Shown: positions 45,913-54,687, counted from the first letter of the stretch. The stretch: 64,000 nucleotides of DNA from a bacterium (GCA_030603395.1 JAUVXX010000002.1:15807-79806); one strand, 5' to 3'. Notes: generated by a model not told the origin, from the letters alone. Made by a program: numbers and translations.

Positions 45913-47665
45913 ACTTTAACACGGTCAGAGTTACCGCGGACGTTCACTGGAAGCTTAACTCGGTTAGCCAGTCGATATATCGATATCGAGAGACCGCCAA
46001 GCTTGACACTCCAGTACTGGTCAGGCCTCAGCCCCTATACCTCCTATTACTAGTTAAGCAGGGACCTATGTTTTTGATAAACAGTCGCTAGGGGGACGTT
46101 TGTTGCAGCCCCTGAGCCCTTGCGGGCCGGGGCAGTCCTTATTGCGAACTTACGGACGCTTTTTTGCCGAGTTCCTTAACCAGGTTTCACCCGTTCACCT
46201 TGGCACTCTTACGCCAGCCTACCTGTGTCGGTTTACGGTACGGACCCTCCACCCTTTTAAATTTCTCCGAGGCTTTTCCAGGCAGAGTGCTCAACTGAGT
46301 TCATCCCGCCGAGGCGGGACTTCCCGCCAGCTCTTGGAAATCCTTAAGCTAGCGACGAAAATCCAATAATTCGCCCAGCCTACTACTCTGCGTCACCTCA
46401 TTGAAAAAGGTGAAAGGGGGCCGGAATATTAACCGGCTGTCCATCCCTCCCTACAACTTCTTGTAGGGGGTTAGGGCCGCCTAACCCTTGGCTGATGGTC
46501 ATTGCCAAGGAAACCTTAGGCTTTCGGTGGGCAGGACTTTCACCTGCCTTGTGGTTACTCATGCCAACATTCTCACTCCCTATCGCTCCACCCCAACGTT
46601 GCCGTGGGGCTTCAGTGCAATAGAGACGCTCCCCTACCACTCGACATATCGAAATATCGAAATATCGAATCCACATCTTCGGTACCGAGCTTGAGCCCCC
46701 TAAATCTTCGGCGCAGACCCTCTCAGGAAGTAAGCTGTTACGCACTTTTTAAAGGATAGCTGCTTCTAAGCTAACCTTCTCACTATTAAAGAGAATCCAC
46801 CTCCTTTAAACACTTAGCTCGAATTTTGGGACCTTAGATGGTGATCTGGGCTGTTTCCCTTTTGACTACGGAACTTAGCTTCCGCAGTCTGACTCCTCGT
46901 TTAAATTTTCCAGTATTCGGAGTTTAGTTGGAGTACCTGGATAAAATCCAAGGTATTCCATCTAGTGCTCTACCCCTGGAAAAGAATTTGACGAGGGCTA
47001 GCCCTAAAGCTATTTCGGGGAGAACCAGCTATTACCAAGCTCGTTTAGCTTTTTACTTCTTACCACAGTTCATCCCAGAGCGTTGAACGGCTCAAGGGTT
47101 CGGGCCTCCTCCGGCGTTTCCGCTGGATTCACCCTGACCATGGCAAGCTCGCTTGGCTTCGGGTCTCGAGCATATAGCCAAAAACGCGCTTTTAACGCTC
47201 GCTTTCGCTATGCTTTCGGGGCAAAACCCCTTAAACAAGCTATGTGCTCGAACTCGTTGGCTCGTTCTGCAAAAAGCACGCCGTCACCAAAACAGATAAC
47301 AAGTTATCTGCTTCGGCTCCGACTCTTTGTAAGCAAATGGTTTCAGGTTCTATTTCACCGCCCTCACCGGGCTACTTTTCACCTTTCCCTCACGGCACTA
47401 GTTCACTATAGGTGAGCGGGTAGTATTTAGCTTTAGCTGATAGTTCAGCCTGCTTCCCTCAGGGCTTTCATTTCCTGAGGTACTCAAGAAAGACAGCAAG
47501 GAGCATGAAGTCGTTTTCGTCTACGGGACTATCACCCTCTATGGTTGTCCTTTCCAGGACATTTAACTAACGAAACTTCACCAAAATGCTCTCCCTCAGT
47601 AAGTCCAGACCTTTCTGCAAAAACAGAAAGAGCTGGGCTCCCGACGCTATCCCCTTACAACCCCC

Positions 47666-47827
47666 ATCGCTCGCACCTCGCTATGCTCGGCACTCGCTCC
47701 AGTTTATAGTGTATAGTGTATAGTTTGTAGAAAATTGAAAACAAATTCTACTCACTACCAACTACTCACTACTCACTAATCACTACTCACTAAAGTTTGT
47801 GTCGAACGCAGTGAGGCACGAACGATA
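47666..47827 (-). repeat. 162-nt expansion segment in 23S domain I built from tandem heptamers
   Basis: It replaces a ~17-nt hairpin between ..CUCAAACC (bacterial consensus ..CCCAAACC) and GGGGUUGUA... It contains six TACTCAC units (47750-47791, plus strand) and about 3.5 TATAGTG units (47705-47730). The base stem is AUCGUUCGUGCCUC / GAGGUGCGAGCGAU. Confidence 0.7.
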
Positions 47828-48263
47828 GGTTTGAGCTTTTCCCTTTTCGCTCGCCGCTACTTGGGGAATAAACATTTTTGTCTTTTCCTCCGGGTACTGA
47901 GATGTTTCACTTTCCCGGGTTCGCTGCCCCGTCACTCGACAGGGCTGTTCGCGCTTATCACGCGAACGGGTTTCCCCATTCGGAAATCCCCGGATCAAAG
48001 GTTGCTAAGCACCTCCCCGAGGCTTATCGCAGCCACGCCACGTCCTTCATCGCCTCCCGCTCCCGAGGCATCCACCATCTGCTCATAATAATCTTAGCCG
48101 GTAATCAATGCATCATCATTTATTAATTTTTAAAGAACATCATTCATCTCTGGAATTTAAAAACTGCTTCTCAGAGAAGCAGCAAAAACCTATAAACTAA
48201 AACTATGGCTTTTAGCCGCTTCCTTCATATAATATCTTTCCAAAATTTCTCATACTGTTTGTA

Positions 48264-48291
48264 ATTTTAGCAAAATAAAAAGCTTTGTCAA
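48264..48291 (-). promoter_or_regulatory. dedicated promoter for 23S-5S: TTGACA-16-TAAAAT
   Basis: -35 at 48286-48291 and -10 at 48264-48269 (minus strand), about 145 nt upstream of the 23S processing stem. Confidence 0.6.
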
Positions 48292-48334
48292 CCCCCCACC
48301 ACTCTAAAAACGATTCCCAAAGTGACGGGGGGTT
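48290..48334 (-). terminator. 14-bp GC-rich hairpin after the upstream membrane-protein gene (terminator-like)
   Basis: AACCCCCCGUCACU / AGUGGUGGGGGGUU (two G.U pairs), 22 nt after the stop codon. The U-tract is displaced by ~8 nt, so function is uncertain. Confidence 0.45.
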
Positions 48335-48356
48335 AATTTCTGCTTTTGAATTCTTA

Positions 48357-49034
48357 TTACTCTCCAAATTTGCCTCTGAAATTCTCTAAAACATCTCTGG
48401 CTAAATCTTTTCCTCCAAGACCAAAAGCAATGGAGCAACTGATGACTATCAATGCTACAAATCCTGTCACCAAAATCTGAACAATATCTTTGGCGACGCC
48501 CAGTTGACTCAAGATAGCCAAAATGGCGAAAATCCAAATAGCCCACCTGACAATGCTCCCTATCAACTTAACATAACTTACGTTCATCTTGCCCACAATC
48601 GCTCTGACCAGCTTTTCTGAAATATCAGCAATAATTACTGCCACCACAAAGATAGCTGCTGCCACCACTAAGTTCGGCAGCCAACCAACAATAGCTCTCA
48701 AAAAGATGGCAAATTGGGTAAGCCCCAGAATCTCAACGGCAGCCAACAGAAAGACAATTATCAGAACCCATTTAACAATCCCTCCGATAAAATCCGACAT
48801 TTTCATCCGGAAATCTGCCTTCTGGAGGGTTTCGTCCCACTTGCTTTTTTCAAAAATGCGGTCAACCCTTAACTTCTTTAGAATTTCAGCCACCAGCTTG
48901 CCAATCCAAACGGATATAAACCAACCGACCACGAAAATAATTATGGCTCCTACTATTTTGGGAATAAAGCCCAGGAACCCTTGCCAGAGACTTTGCAAAG
49001 CTTGCCACGTAACGGTTGTCCAATCTTGAACCAT
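48357..49034 (-). CDS. membrane protein with repeated conserved-TM-helix modules (MscS N-terminal-like)
   Basis: 225 aa, 5-6 TM segments, with repeated IVGAIIIFVVGW / VVAAAIFVVAVIIA type helices. Confidence 0.55.
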   Translation of the reverse strand: MVQDWTTVTWQALQSLWQGFLGFIPKIVGAIIIFVVGWFISVWIGKLVAEILKKLRVDRIFEKSKWDETLQKADFRMKMSDFIGGIVKWVLIIVFLLAAVEILGLTQFAIFLRAIVGWLPNLVVAAAIFVVAVIIADISEKLVRAIVGKMNVSYVKLIGSIVRWAIWIFAILAILSQLGVAKDIVQILVTGFVALIVISCSIAFGLGGKDLARDVLENFRGKFGE

Positions 49035-49097
49035 ATTAATTATTTAAAAAATATGTTCTTGTGCGACCTTTAAGACTGTACGATAAAATATTATTTC

Positions 49098-49124
49098 ATT
49101 ATACCCCAAAAGAACCCCTGTCAA
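49098..49124 (-). promoter_or_regulatory. promoter-like TTGACA-15-TATAAT overlapping the 17-bp repeated motif
   Basis: -35 at 49119-49124 and -10 at 49098-49103 (minus strand). The 15-nt spacer is short. Confidence 0.4.
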
Positions 49125-49190
49125 CTGTGGATAACTTCAAGCGAGCAAAACGAGCGAGAACCCCGCCGTTCTTCAGAAGGAGCTGGGTGT

Positions 49191-49793
49191 TCACATTACT
49201 ATTTTATTTTTAATTAAAAACTCTTTTACAATTTCAAAGATTCTCTGATGACCTTTTGAATTCGGATGTAAACCATCATCCAGCATTGAGTTAGTTAGTT
49301 TATCATATATTAAGATTACTGGAATGTTATTTTTCTTTGCGATTCGATGTATGATTGCATTGTATTCCCTAATATTTTTGTTGTAGTAGTACTCTGTCCT
49401 GTGCCAGGGAATTGGACACACTTTTGACTCGTCAACACGTAATATTTCTGCAAAGAGCAGTTTATCTGTATGCTTCTTAGCTAATTTGATAAGGCTCGCT
49501 ACGTTCTTCTCAAAGCGTTCTGGAGGCACAAAATAATCATTTGTAGTTGTAGTATGACGAGAATCATTTGTTCCAAGATGAAAGATAACAACTTCTGGTT
49601 CTATTGATTCTAAATCTGTTTTTACTCGCTTTACAATATCATCAGTTGAATCTCCTGAAACACAGCGATTGTAAACAGCAATTTCATTGTCCTTGTTGAA
49701 GAAGAAAACTTTTAGCCGATTTACCCAACCACCCATTTTATAGTCATAATATCCTGCACTTATACTACCTCCAAAAACTAAGATTCGTGCCAT
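49191..49793 (-). CDS. SGNH/GDSL-family hydrolase
   Basis: Block I FGGSISAG, block III GTNDS, block V DGLHPN. Confidence 0.75.
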   Translation of the reverse strand: MARILVFGGSISAGYYDYKMGGWVNRLKVFFFNKDNEIAVYNRCVSGDSTDDIVKRVKTDLESIEPEVVIFHLGTNDSRHTTTTNDYFVPPERFEKNVASLIKLAKKHTDKLLFAEILRVDESKVCPIPWHRTEYYYNKNIREYNAIIHRIAKKNNIPVILIYDKLTNSMLDDGLHPNSKGHQRIFEIVKEFLIKNKIVM

Positions 49794-49834
49794 AAGAATT
49801 AGTTAAATTTTACAGGGATCTGACCCCTGTAAGG

Positions 49835-50098
49835 TTATTTTTTGGCTCGGTCATATTTTATCTTTAAGCTGATAAGTATTATTACCATTATCGTCTCAAC
49901 TGTTGAAAAAATCAAAAGCGGCATGATTGTATTTTTTGCTGCGTAAATGATGTATAAAAACAAGCCGGCCAAAAGCACAAACGTCCATAGAAACGATAAA
50001 TCTTTGGCGGACTTGGTTTTAAATGTTTTTATTAGTTGGGGCAATAAGGCTGAGGCAATTATGAATCCACCTGCATACCCTATAAATTCCAAAACCAT
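49835..50098 (-). CDS. PQ-loop / SemiSWEET-type 3-TM transporter
   Basis: 87 aa, three TM helices, PQ motif (ALLPQLIKTFKTKS). Confidence 0.7.
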   Translation of the reverse strand: MVLEFIGYAGGFIIASALLPQLIKTFKTKSAKDLSFLWTFVLLAGLFLYIIYAAKNTIMPLLIFSTVETIMVIILISLKIKYDRAKK

Positions 50099-50134
50099 AG
50101 CGCTATTGATTAAAAAGGTATATCATTTCAATTT

Positions 50135-50206
50135 TGGACCGTGCCAGACTCGAACTGGCGATCTCCTCATTGCAAATGAGGTGTTCTACCACTGAACTAA
50201 CGGCCC
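50135..50206 (-). tRNA. tRNA-Ala (anticodon UGC)
   Basis: GGGCCGU..ACGGUCCA acceptor with the G3:U70 identity pair, anticodon loop UUUGCAA, T loop UUCGAGU. Confidence 0.9.
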
Positions 50207-50215
50207 ACATTCCGG

Positions 50216-50289
50216 TGGGCACGGTAGGATTCGAACCTACGACCTCACGATTATCAGTCGTGTGCTCTAACCAACTGAGCTACGTGCCC
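50216..50289 (-). tRNA. tRNA-Ile (anticodon GAU)
   Basis: GGGCACG..CGUGCCCA acceptor, anticodon loop CUGAUAA, T loop UUCGAAU. Confidence 0.9.
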
Positions 50290-50611
50290 ATATTTCATTA
50301 CATTATCATAATTCTTTCCCTTTGAAAAGTCCCACAAACGAAAAACTCCCCTAAGGGAGTTTTCCTTTACTATTTTTGGTTTCTCTAAGTTGCTCCGAAA
50401 GTCGAGTTTTGAGGTGATTCGACCAACACCCTGAAAGTTAAAGAGAGAATTCTCACTCTTCAACTTTCGTCAACCAAATAAAAAAAGAAATGTTCCATCG
50501 ACAGCTTCCGCTACCGATGCCTTGTTACGACTTCGTCCTGATTACTGAGCCCACCTTAGGTCCCCAAAAGGAGCACTTCGGGTGTTCCCAGCTTTCCTGA
50601 CGTGACGGGCG

Positions 50612-51452
50612 AATGTTCTCTGGAAACTCAGAGTTGACGTTCCCACCGTACGTGCGGATTTCCCGCATACGGCGAGCTCTAATGCATTTTTTGTTTAAGC
50701 TTATACAAGCTTCTTAATCCTACTTTTGCAAGATGTCTCCCTTTGCCAATTTCTCTCATTATCTCAGAAAAAATTTTAAAATCTTTTCTCCTTGAAACTA
50801 ATCTTGGCCGATGTTTCTTAAAAAATGGAATAATAATCTTCTCTATATCTCTTCGATTTCCCACTTCATAACGATAACAATCTTTATGATTCTTCCGGCT
50901 ATCTTTCTGAAAATATACATTTCCACAACCAAAAGATTTTTTCAACCGATAAAGTATTTCTTTATCGGTTTCTTGAAGTCTCAAGTAAAATCTCGGTTCG
51001 GCTCTTACTCTTCGTTTAACTTTCTTCTTTTCATCGGGATTACGAATATAAACTGTAAAACTTCCTTCGCCATCTACTAGTCCTAAAATATATTCAGGGT
51101 TTAACATAAATACATTAGAGTGGATCCTTCCCCGCTAAACTTTTTATTTAGCCGGTACTATGATCCAGCTGACTTCTGACGCTGCGTCAGTTTCATTATA
51201 CAGCGTCAGACCTCCCCGGGTCAATACATAAACTATTCCCAACATCCCAAATTGAGCCAAGAAACGACCTTCCCCACGCTCACCACCCATTCATGGGTCG
51301 GCCAGCTCTTAAAAATTTGGGCTACTGTTTGCTTTCGGACCCTCCGCCATTTGTGTCACCACAAATGACTGTCCTTCAGCTTTACTCCGCTAACAGTCTG
51401 CGGAGAAAGAGATTTTAACTCTTTAGCTTATGTATCTGCCGGGCGCGTTTAT
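50612..51452 (-). mobile_element. intervening sequence in 16S rDNA carrying a homing-endonuclease gene
   Basis: The conserved string GUAC(A/U)CAC|CGCCCGUC (E. coli 1392-1407) is split. The flanks resume exactly, with about 840 bp between them. Boundaries are accurate to within a few nt. Confidence 0.7.
50679..51107 (-). CDS. LAGLIDADG homing endonuclease (single-motif type)
   Basis: 142 aa with YILGLVDGEGSF near the N-terminus. Located inside the 16S insertion. Confidence 0.85.
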   Translation of the reverse strand: MLNPEYILGLVDGEGSFTVYIRNPDEKKKVKRRVRAEPRFYLRLQETDKEILYRLKKSFGCGNVYFQKDSRKNHKDCYRYEVGNRRDIEKIIIPFFKKHRPRLVSRRKDFKIFSEIMREIGKGRHLAKVGLRSLYKLKQKMH

Positions 51453-52904
51453 CTGTGAGTACAAGAGACAGTGACTTATTCATCGCGGCGTAGCTGATCC
51501 GCGATTACTAGCGATTCCAGCTTCACGAGGTCGAGTTGCAGACCCCGATCCGGACTGAGACTGGCTTTGATGGGATTAGCTCCACGTTACCGTTTGGCAA
51601 CCCATTGTACCAGCCATTGTACCACGTGTGCTGCCCAGGGCATAAGGGCCATGCGGATTTGGCGTCGTCCTCGCCTTCCTCCCAGTTATCCCGGGCAGTC
51701 CCCTATAACAAATAAAACATAGGGTGAGGGTTACGCAGGTTTCCCCATTTAAGGGAGCATTTCACAACACCTACTGACGACAACCATGCAGCACCTGTAC
51801 CAAGTGCCTTGCGGACTCCCAAGTTTCCTCGGGATTTCACCTGGCATGTCAAGCCCTGGTAAGGTTCTTCGCTTACCGTCGAATTAAGCCACGTGGTCCA
51901 CCGCTTGTGTGCCTCCCCGTCTATTCCTTTGAGTTTCAACGTTGCCGTCGTACTTCCCAGGCGGGACGCTTAACGGGTTACCTTCGCCGGTGAAAGGGTC
52001 GACACTTCCACCAGCCAGCGTCCATCGTTTACAGCGTGGAATACGCAGGTATCTAATCTGCTTCTCTCCCCACGCTTTCGCCAATCAGCGTCAGGGTCGC
52101 CCCAGCCAGCTGCCTTCGCTTTTGGTGTTCCAGCCGATATCAACGGATTTCACCCCTACACCGGCTGTTCCGCTGGCCTCTAACGCCCTCTAGAAAAGAA
52201 GTATCTCTAGCGCTCTTGAGGTTAAGCCCCAAGAATTTGACCAAAGACTTTCTTAACCGCCTTAAGGCTCTTTACGCCCAATAAATCCGGATAATGCTCG
52301 GGGCACTCGTATTACCGCCGCTGCTGGCACGAGTTTAGCGGCCCCTTATTCAACCGGTACTGTCACCCGAAGGTTCATCCCGGTTAAAAGTTCTTTACAC
52401 CCCGAAGGGCTTCATCGAACACGCGGCGTCGCTCGGTCAGGCTTGCGCCCATTGCCGAAGATTCTCGACTGCTGCCTCCCGTAGGAGTGGGAACCGTGTC
52501 TCAGTTTCCCTGTTGGGGAACACACTCTCATGCCCCCTACCCGTCATCGCCTTGGTGAGCCTTTACCTCACCAACAAGCTGATAGGCCGCGGACTCTTCC
52601 TCAAGCGCCGGAGCTTTACTCTTGCGAGACCATCTAGTATTAGTCCCACTTTCGCGGGATTATGCTAGACTTGAGGGTAAATATCCACGTGTTACTAACC
52701 CGTTCGCCACTGTCCCTCACCAAAATTTGGTGTGGGACCGTACGACTTGCATGCCTTATCCACGCCGCCAGCATTCATCCTGAGCCAGGATCAAACTCTC
52801 AAAAAAAATAGTATTCGAAGCAACTCAGAAAAACCAAAGGTTTTTCTTCGTTAATATTCTGGACACTTTTTAACGGAAACCGAGGACGATTTCCTAAAGC
52901 GCCC

Positions 52905-52930
52905 GTCAAAGACAATCAATTGTCTTTGAC
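52905..52930. repeat. perfect 12-bp inverted repeat in the 16S leader
   Basis: gtcaaagacaat-ca-attgtctttgac. Confidence 0.8.
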
Positions 52931-52977
52931 CTCAAAAAAAACAATTATTCAATTTGAAAGAACTCGTCTAATTTTTA

Positions 52978-53005
52978 ATTCTACTTACTTAATTCTTAAT
53001 GTCAA
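52978..53005 (-). promoter_or_regulatory. candidate 16S promoter TTGACA-16-TAGAAT
   Basis: -35 at 53000-53005 and -10 at 52978-52983 (minus strand), about 175 nt upstream of the 16S 5' end and immediately after tRNA-Thr. Confidence 0.5.
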
Positions 53006-53011
53006 CCCCAT

Positions 53012-53082
53012 AGCCGGCGGTGAGAATCGAACTCACATTTCTGGTTTACAAAACCAGTGCTCTACCACTGAGCTACACCGGC
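53012..53082 (-). tRNA. tRNA-Thr (anticodon UGU)
   Basis: GCCGGUG..CGCCGGCU acceptor, anticodon loop UUUGUAA, T arm GUGAG-UUCGAUU-CUCAC. Begins 2 nt after the stop of the upstream ORF. Confidence 0.85.
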
Positions 53083-53084
53083 CC

Positions 53085-53369
53085 TTATCCCTTTCTTATC
53101 TTCTCCCAATAATCATCAGAGAAATTAACCTCTTTTTTTTCTTCTTTCTTTTCTTTCTTTAGGTCTTTAAATTTTGACCCGAACTCAGCCAAAAAAGAGG
53201 TTGTTTTTAAGGAAATCTTGCTTAAATTCAAAATCTTGTCCTTTCTCTCAACAAGGGACCTCACGTCAACTTCAGCCAATTCTCTCAAAGCCGGAATCTT
53301 CCTAAATATCATAAAACCTATTCCTAAAAGACCCCCGATTAAAATTATTTTTGCAGCTAGTTCAAACAT
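53085..53369 (-). CDS. small membrane-anchored hypothetical protein (94 aa)
   Basis: N-terminal TM helix and a Lys/Glu-rich tail. Lies 4 nt downstream of tsf. Confidence 0.4.
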   Translation of the reverse strand: MFELAAKIILIGGLLGIGFMIFRKIPALRELAEVDVRSLVERKDKILNLSKISLKTTSFLAEFGSKFKDLKKEKKEEKKEVNFSDDYWEKIRKG

Positions 53370-53373
53370 AATG

Positions 53374-53958
53374 TTAAATCTCGTATCTGGTAAACCCTAC
53401 CACCTCTATCTTCTCCCCGAGCTTTGCCACATACTCCTCAATCAACCCCCCTATCGTTTTTGTCTCATCTTTTACCCAGGGCTGCGACAATAAGGAAATT
53501 TCCTTCTGGTATTTTTCCAGTTTCCCTTCAACAATCTGGTCAATTACTTTTTGGGGTTTACCAGAGTCCTCAAATTGTTTTTGATATATTTTTCTTTCTC
53601 CATCTAAAAAGTCCTGGGGAATATCCTCCATCTTTAAAAATAAAGGTTTCAGGGCTGCTATTTGCAAACAAATCTCGTGGGCTAACTTTTTAAATTCTTC
53701 CCCTTTCGCCACGAAATCGGTTTCGGAATGAATCTCAACCAGCACCCCAAGTTTTGAGCCGGGGTGGACGTAACTGATAACAATCCCCTGGGAGACTTCT
53801 TTTCCTTCCCTTGTCTTGATAATCTCTTTGCCTTTTTCCCTCAAAATCTTCTTTGCCTCCTCAACGTCTCCCTTCGCCTCCTCAAGCGCCCTTTTACAAT
53901 CCATCAGGGAAATCCCGGTGGCTGCTCTAAGTTGTCTTATTTGTTCAATGGAAACCAT
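53374..53958 (-). CDS. tsf: translation elongation factor Ts (short form)
   Basis: UBA-like N-terminus IRQLRAATGISLMDCKRALEEAKGDVEEA. Follows rpsB. Confidence 0.85.
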   Translation of the reverse strand: MVSIEQIRQLRAATGISLMDCKRALEEAKGDVEEAKKILREKGKEIIKTREGKEVSQGIVISYVHPGSKLGVLVEIHSETDFVAKGEEFKKLAHEICLQIAALKPLFLKMEDIPQDFLDGERKIYQKQFEDSGKPQKVIDQIVEGKLEKYQKEISLLSQPWVKDETKTIGGLIEEYVAKLGEKIEVVGFTRYEI

Positions 53959-53961
53959 AAT

Positions 53962-54687
53962 TTATTTCTTCTTGGCTTTTTTAACTACTTTAGCAACCTT
54001 TTCCAAAATATATTTCACCGAAGAGACAGCGTCATCATTGGCGACAATCGGATAATCAACCAGGGTGGGGTCAACATTGGTATCCACTATGGCTATCACC
54101 TTGACCTTCTTCGCTTTGGCTTCCCTTAAAGCAAGTTTATCTTGGTTAATGTCGCAAATAAACACGGCCTGGGGAATTTTTTCCATATCTTTTATTCCCC
54201 CGAATTTCTGCTCGAGTTTTTCCAATTCCCTTTCAATTTTTATTCTTTCTTTTTTGGTATACTTTTCCAATTCCCCTTCTTTCTGCTTTTTTGCCAGGTC
54301 TTTAAAATATTTCATTCTCTCAGTGATTACTTTGAAGTTGGTAAAAGTTCCTCCCAGCCATCTTTCAGTAACATAGGGAAGTTGGCAATCCTGGGCTATC
54401 TTACGGACCAAGCTCTTGAGGGGAATTTTTGTCCCGACCAAAAGCATCTCTCCTTTTTTCTCTAAAATCTCAGCAATAAACTTCAGAGCCTTTATCAACT
54501 GCTGAGCTGTTTTTTGTAAATCAATAATATGGACGGTATTTCTTACCCCCAAAATATTCTCTGCCATCTTGGGATGAAGCTTGGAAATCCGATGGCCCAA
54601 ATGGACCCCAACCTCCATCATTTCTTCAACGTCAATGCCAAATCCATTTTTCTTTGTTTCCTTTTCGGTTTTCTTTACTTTTACCAT
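53962..54687 (-). CDS. rpsB: 30S ribosomal protein S2
   Basis: MEVGVHLGHRISKLHPKM, GTFTNF, IAIVDTNVDP. Confidence 0.9.
   Translation of the reverse strand: MVKVKKTEKETKKNGFGIDVEEMMEVGVHLGHRISKLHPKMAENILGVRNTVHIIDLQKTAQQLIKALKFIAEILEKKGEMLLVGTKIPLKSLVRKIAQDCQLPYVTERWLGGTFTNFKVITERMKYFKDLAKKQKEGELEKYTKKERIKIERELEKLEQKFGGIKDMEKIPQAVFICDINQDKLALREAKAKKVKVIAIVDTNVDPTLVDYPIVANDDAVSSVKYILEKVAKVVKKAKKK

Larger units (their letters stand above)
50484..52803 (-). rRNA. rrs: 16S ribosomal RNA interrupted by an ~840-bp insertion (3' end by homology to helix 45; may extend to ~50407)
   Basis: The reverse complement contains GAGAGUUUGAUCCUGGCUCAG, GUGCCAGCAGCGGCGGUAAU, GCUAGUAAUCGCGGAUCAGC, CGCCCGUCACG, AAGUCGUAACAAGG and an intact helix 45 with a GGAA loop. 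Confidence 0.9.

Noticed and set aside
46100-48126. ORFs 46100..46369, 46398..46745, 46488..46694, 47083..47415, 47783..47998, 47831..48088 and 47878..48126.
   Set aside because: All lie inside the 23S rRNA gene. Their translations are low-complexity or Arg/Ser/Pro-rich with no family resemblance, so they are spurious.
51703-52193. ORFs 51703..51939, 51884..52084 and 51942..52193, plus 50254..50463 in the 16S-tRNA spacer and 52920..53162 across tRNA-Thr.
   Set aside because: They lie inside the 16S rRNA or its spacer and leader, or overlap a tRNA. They are artefacts of six-frame translation.
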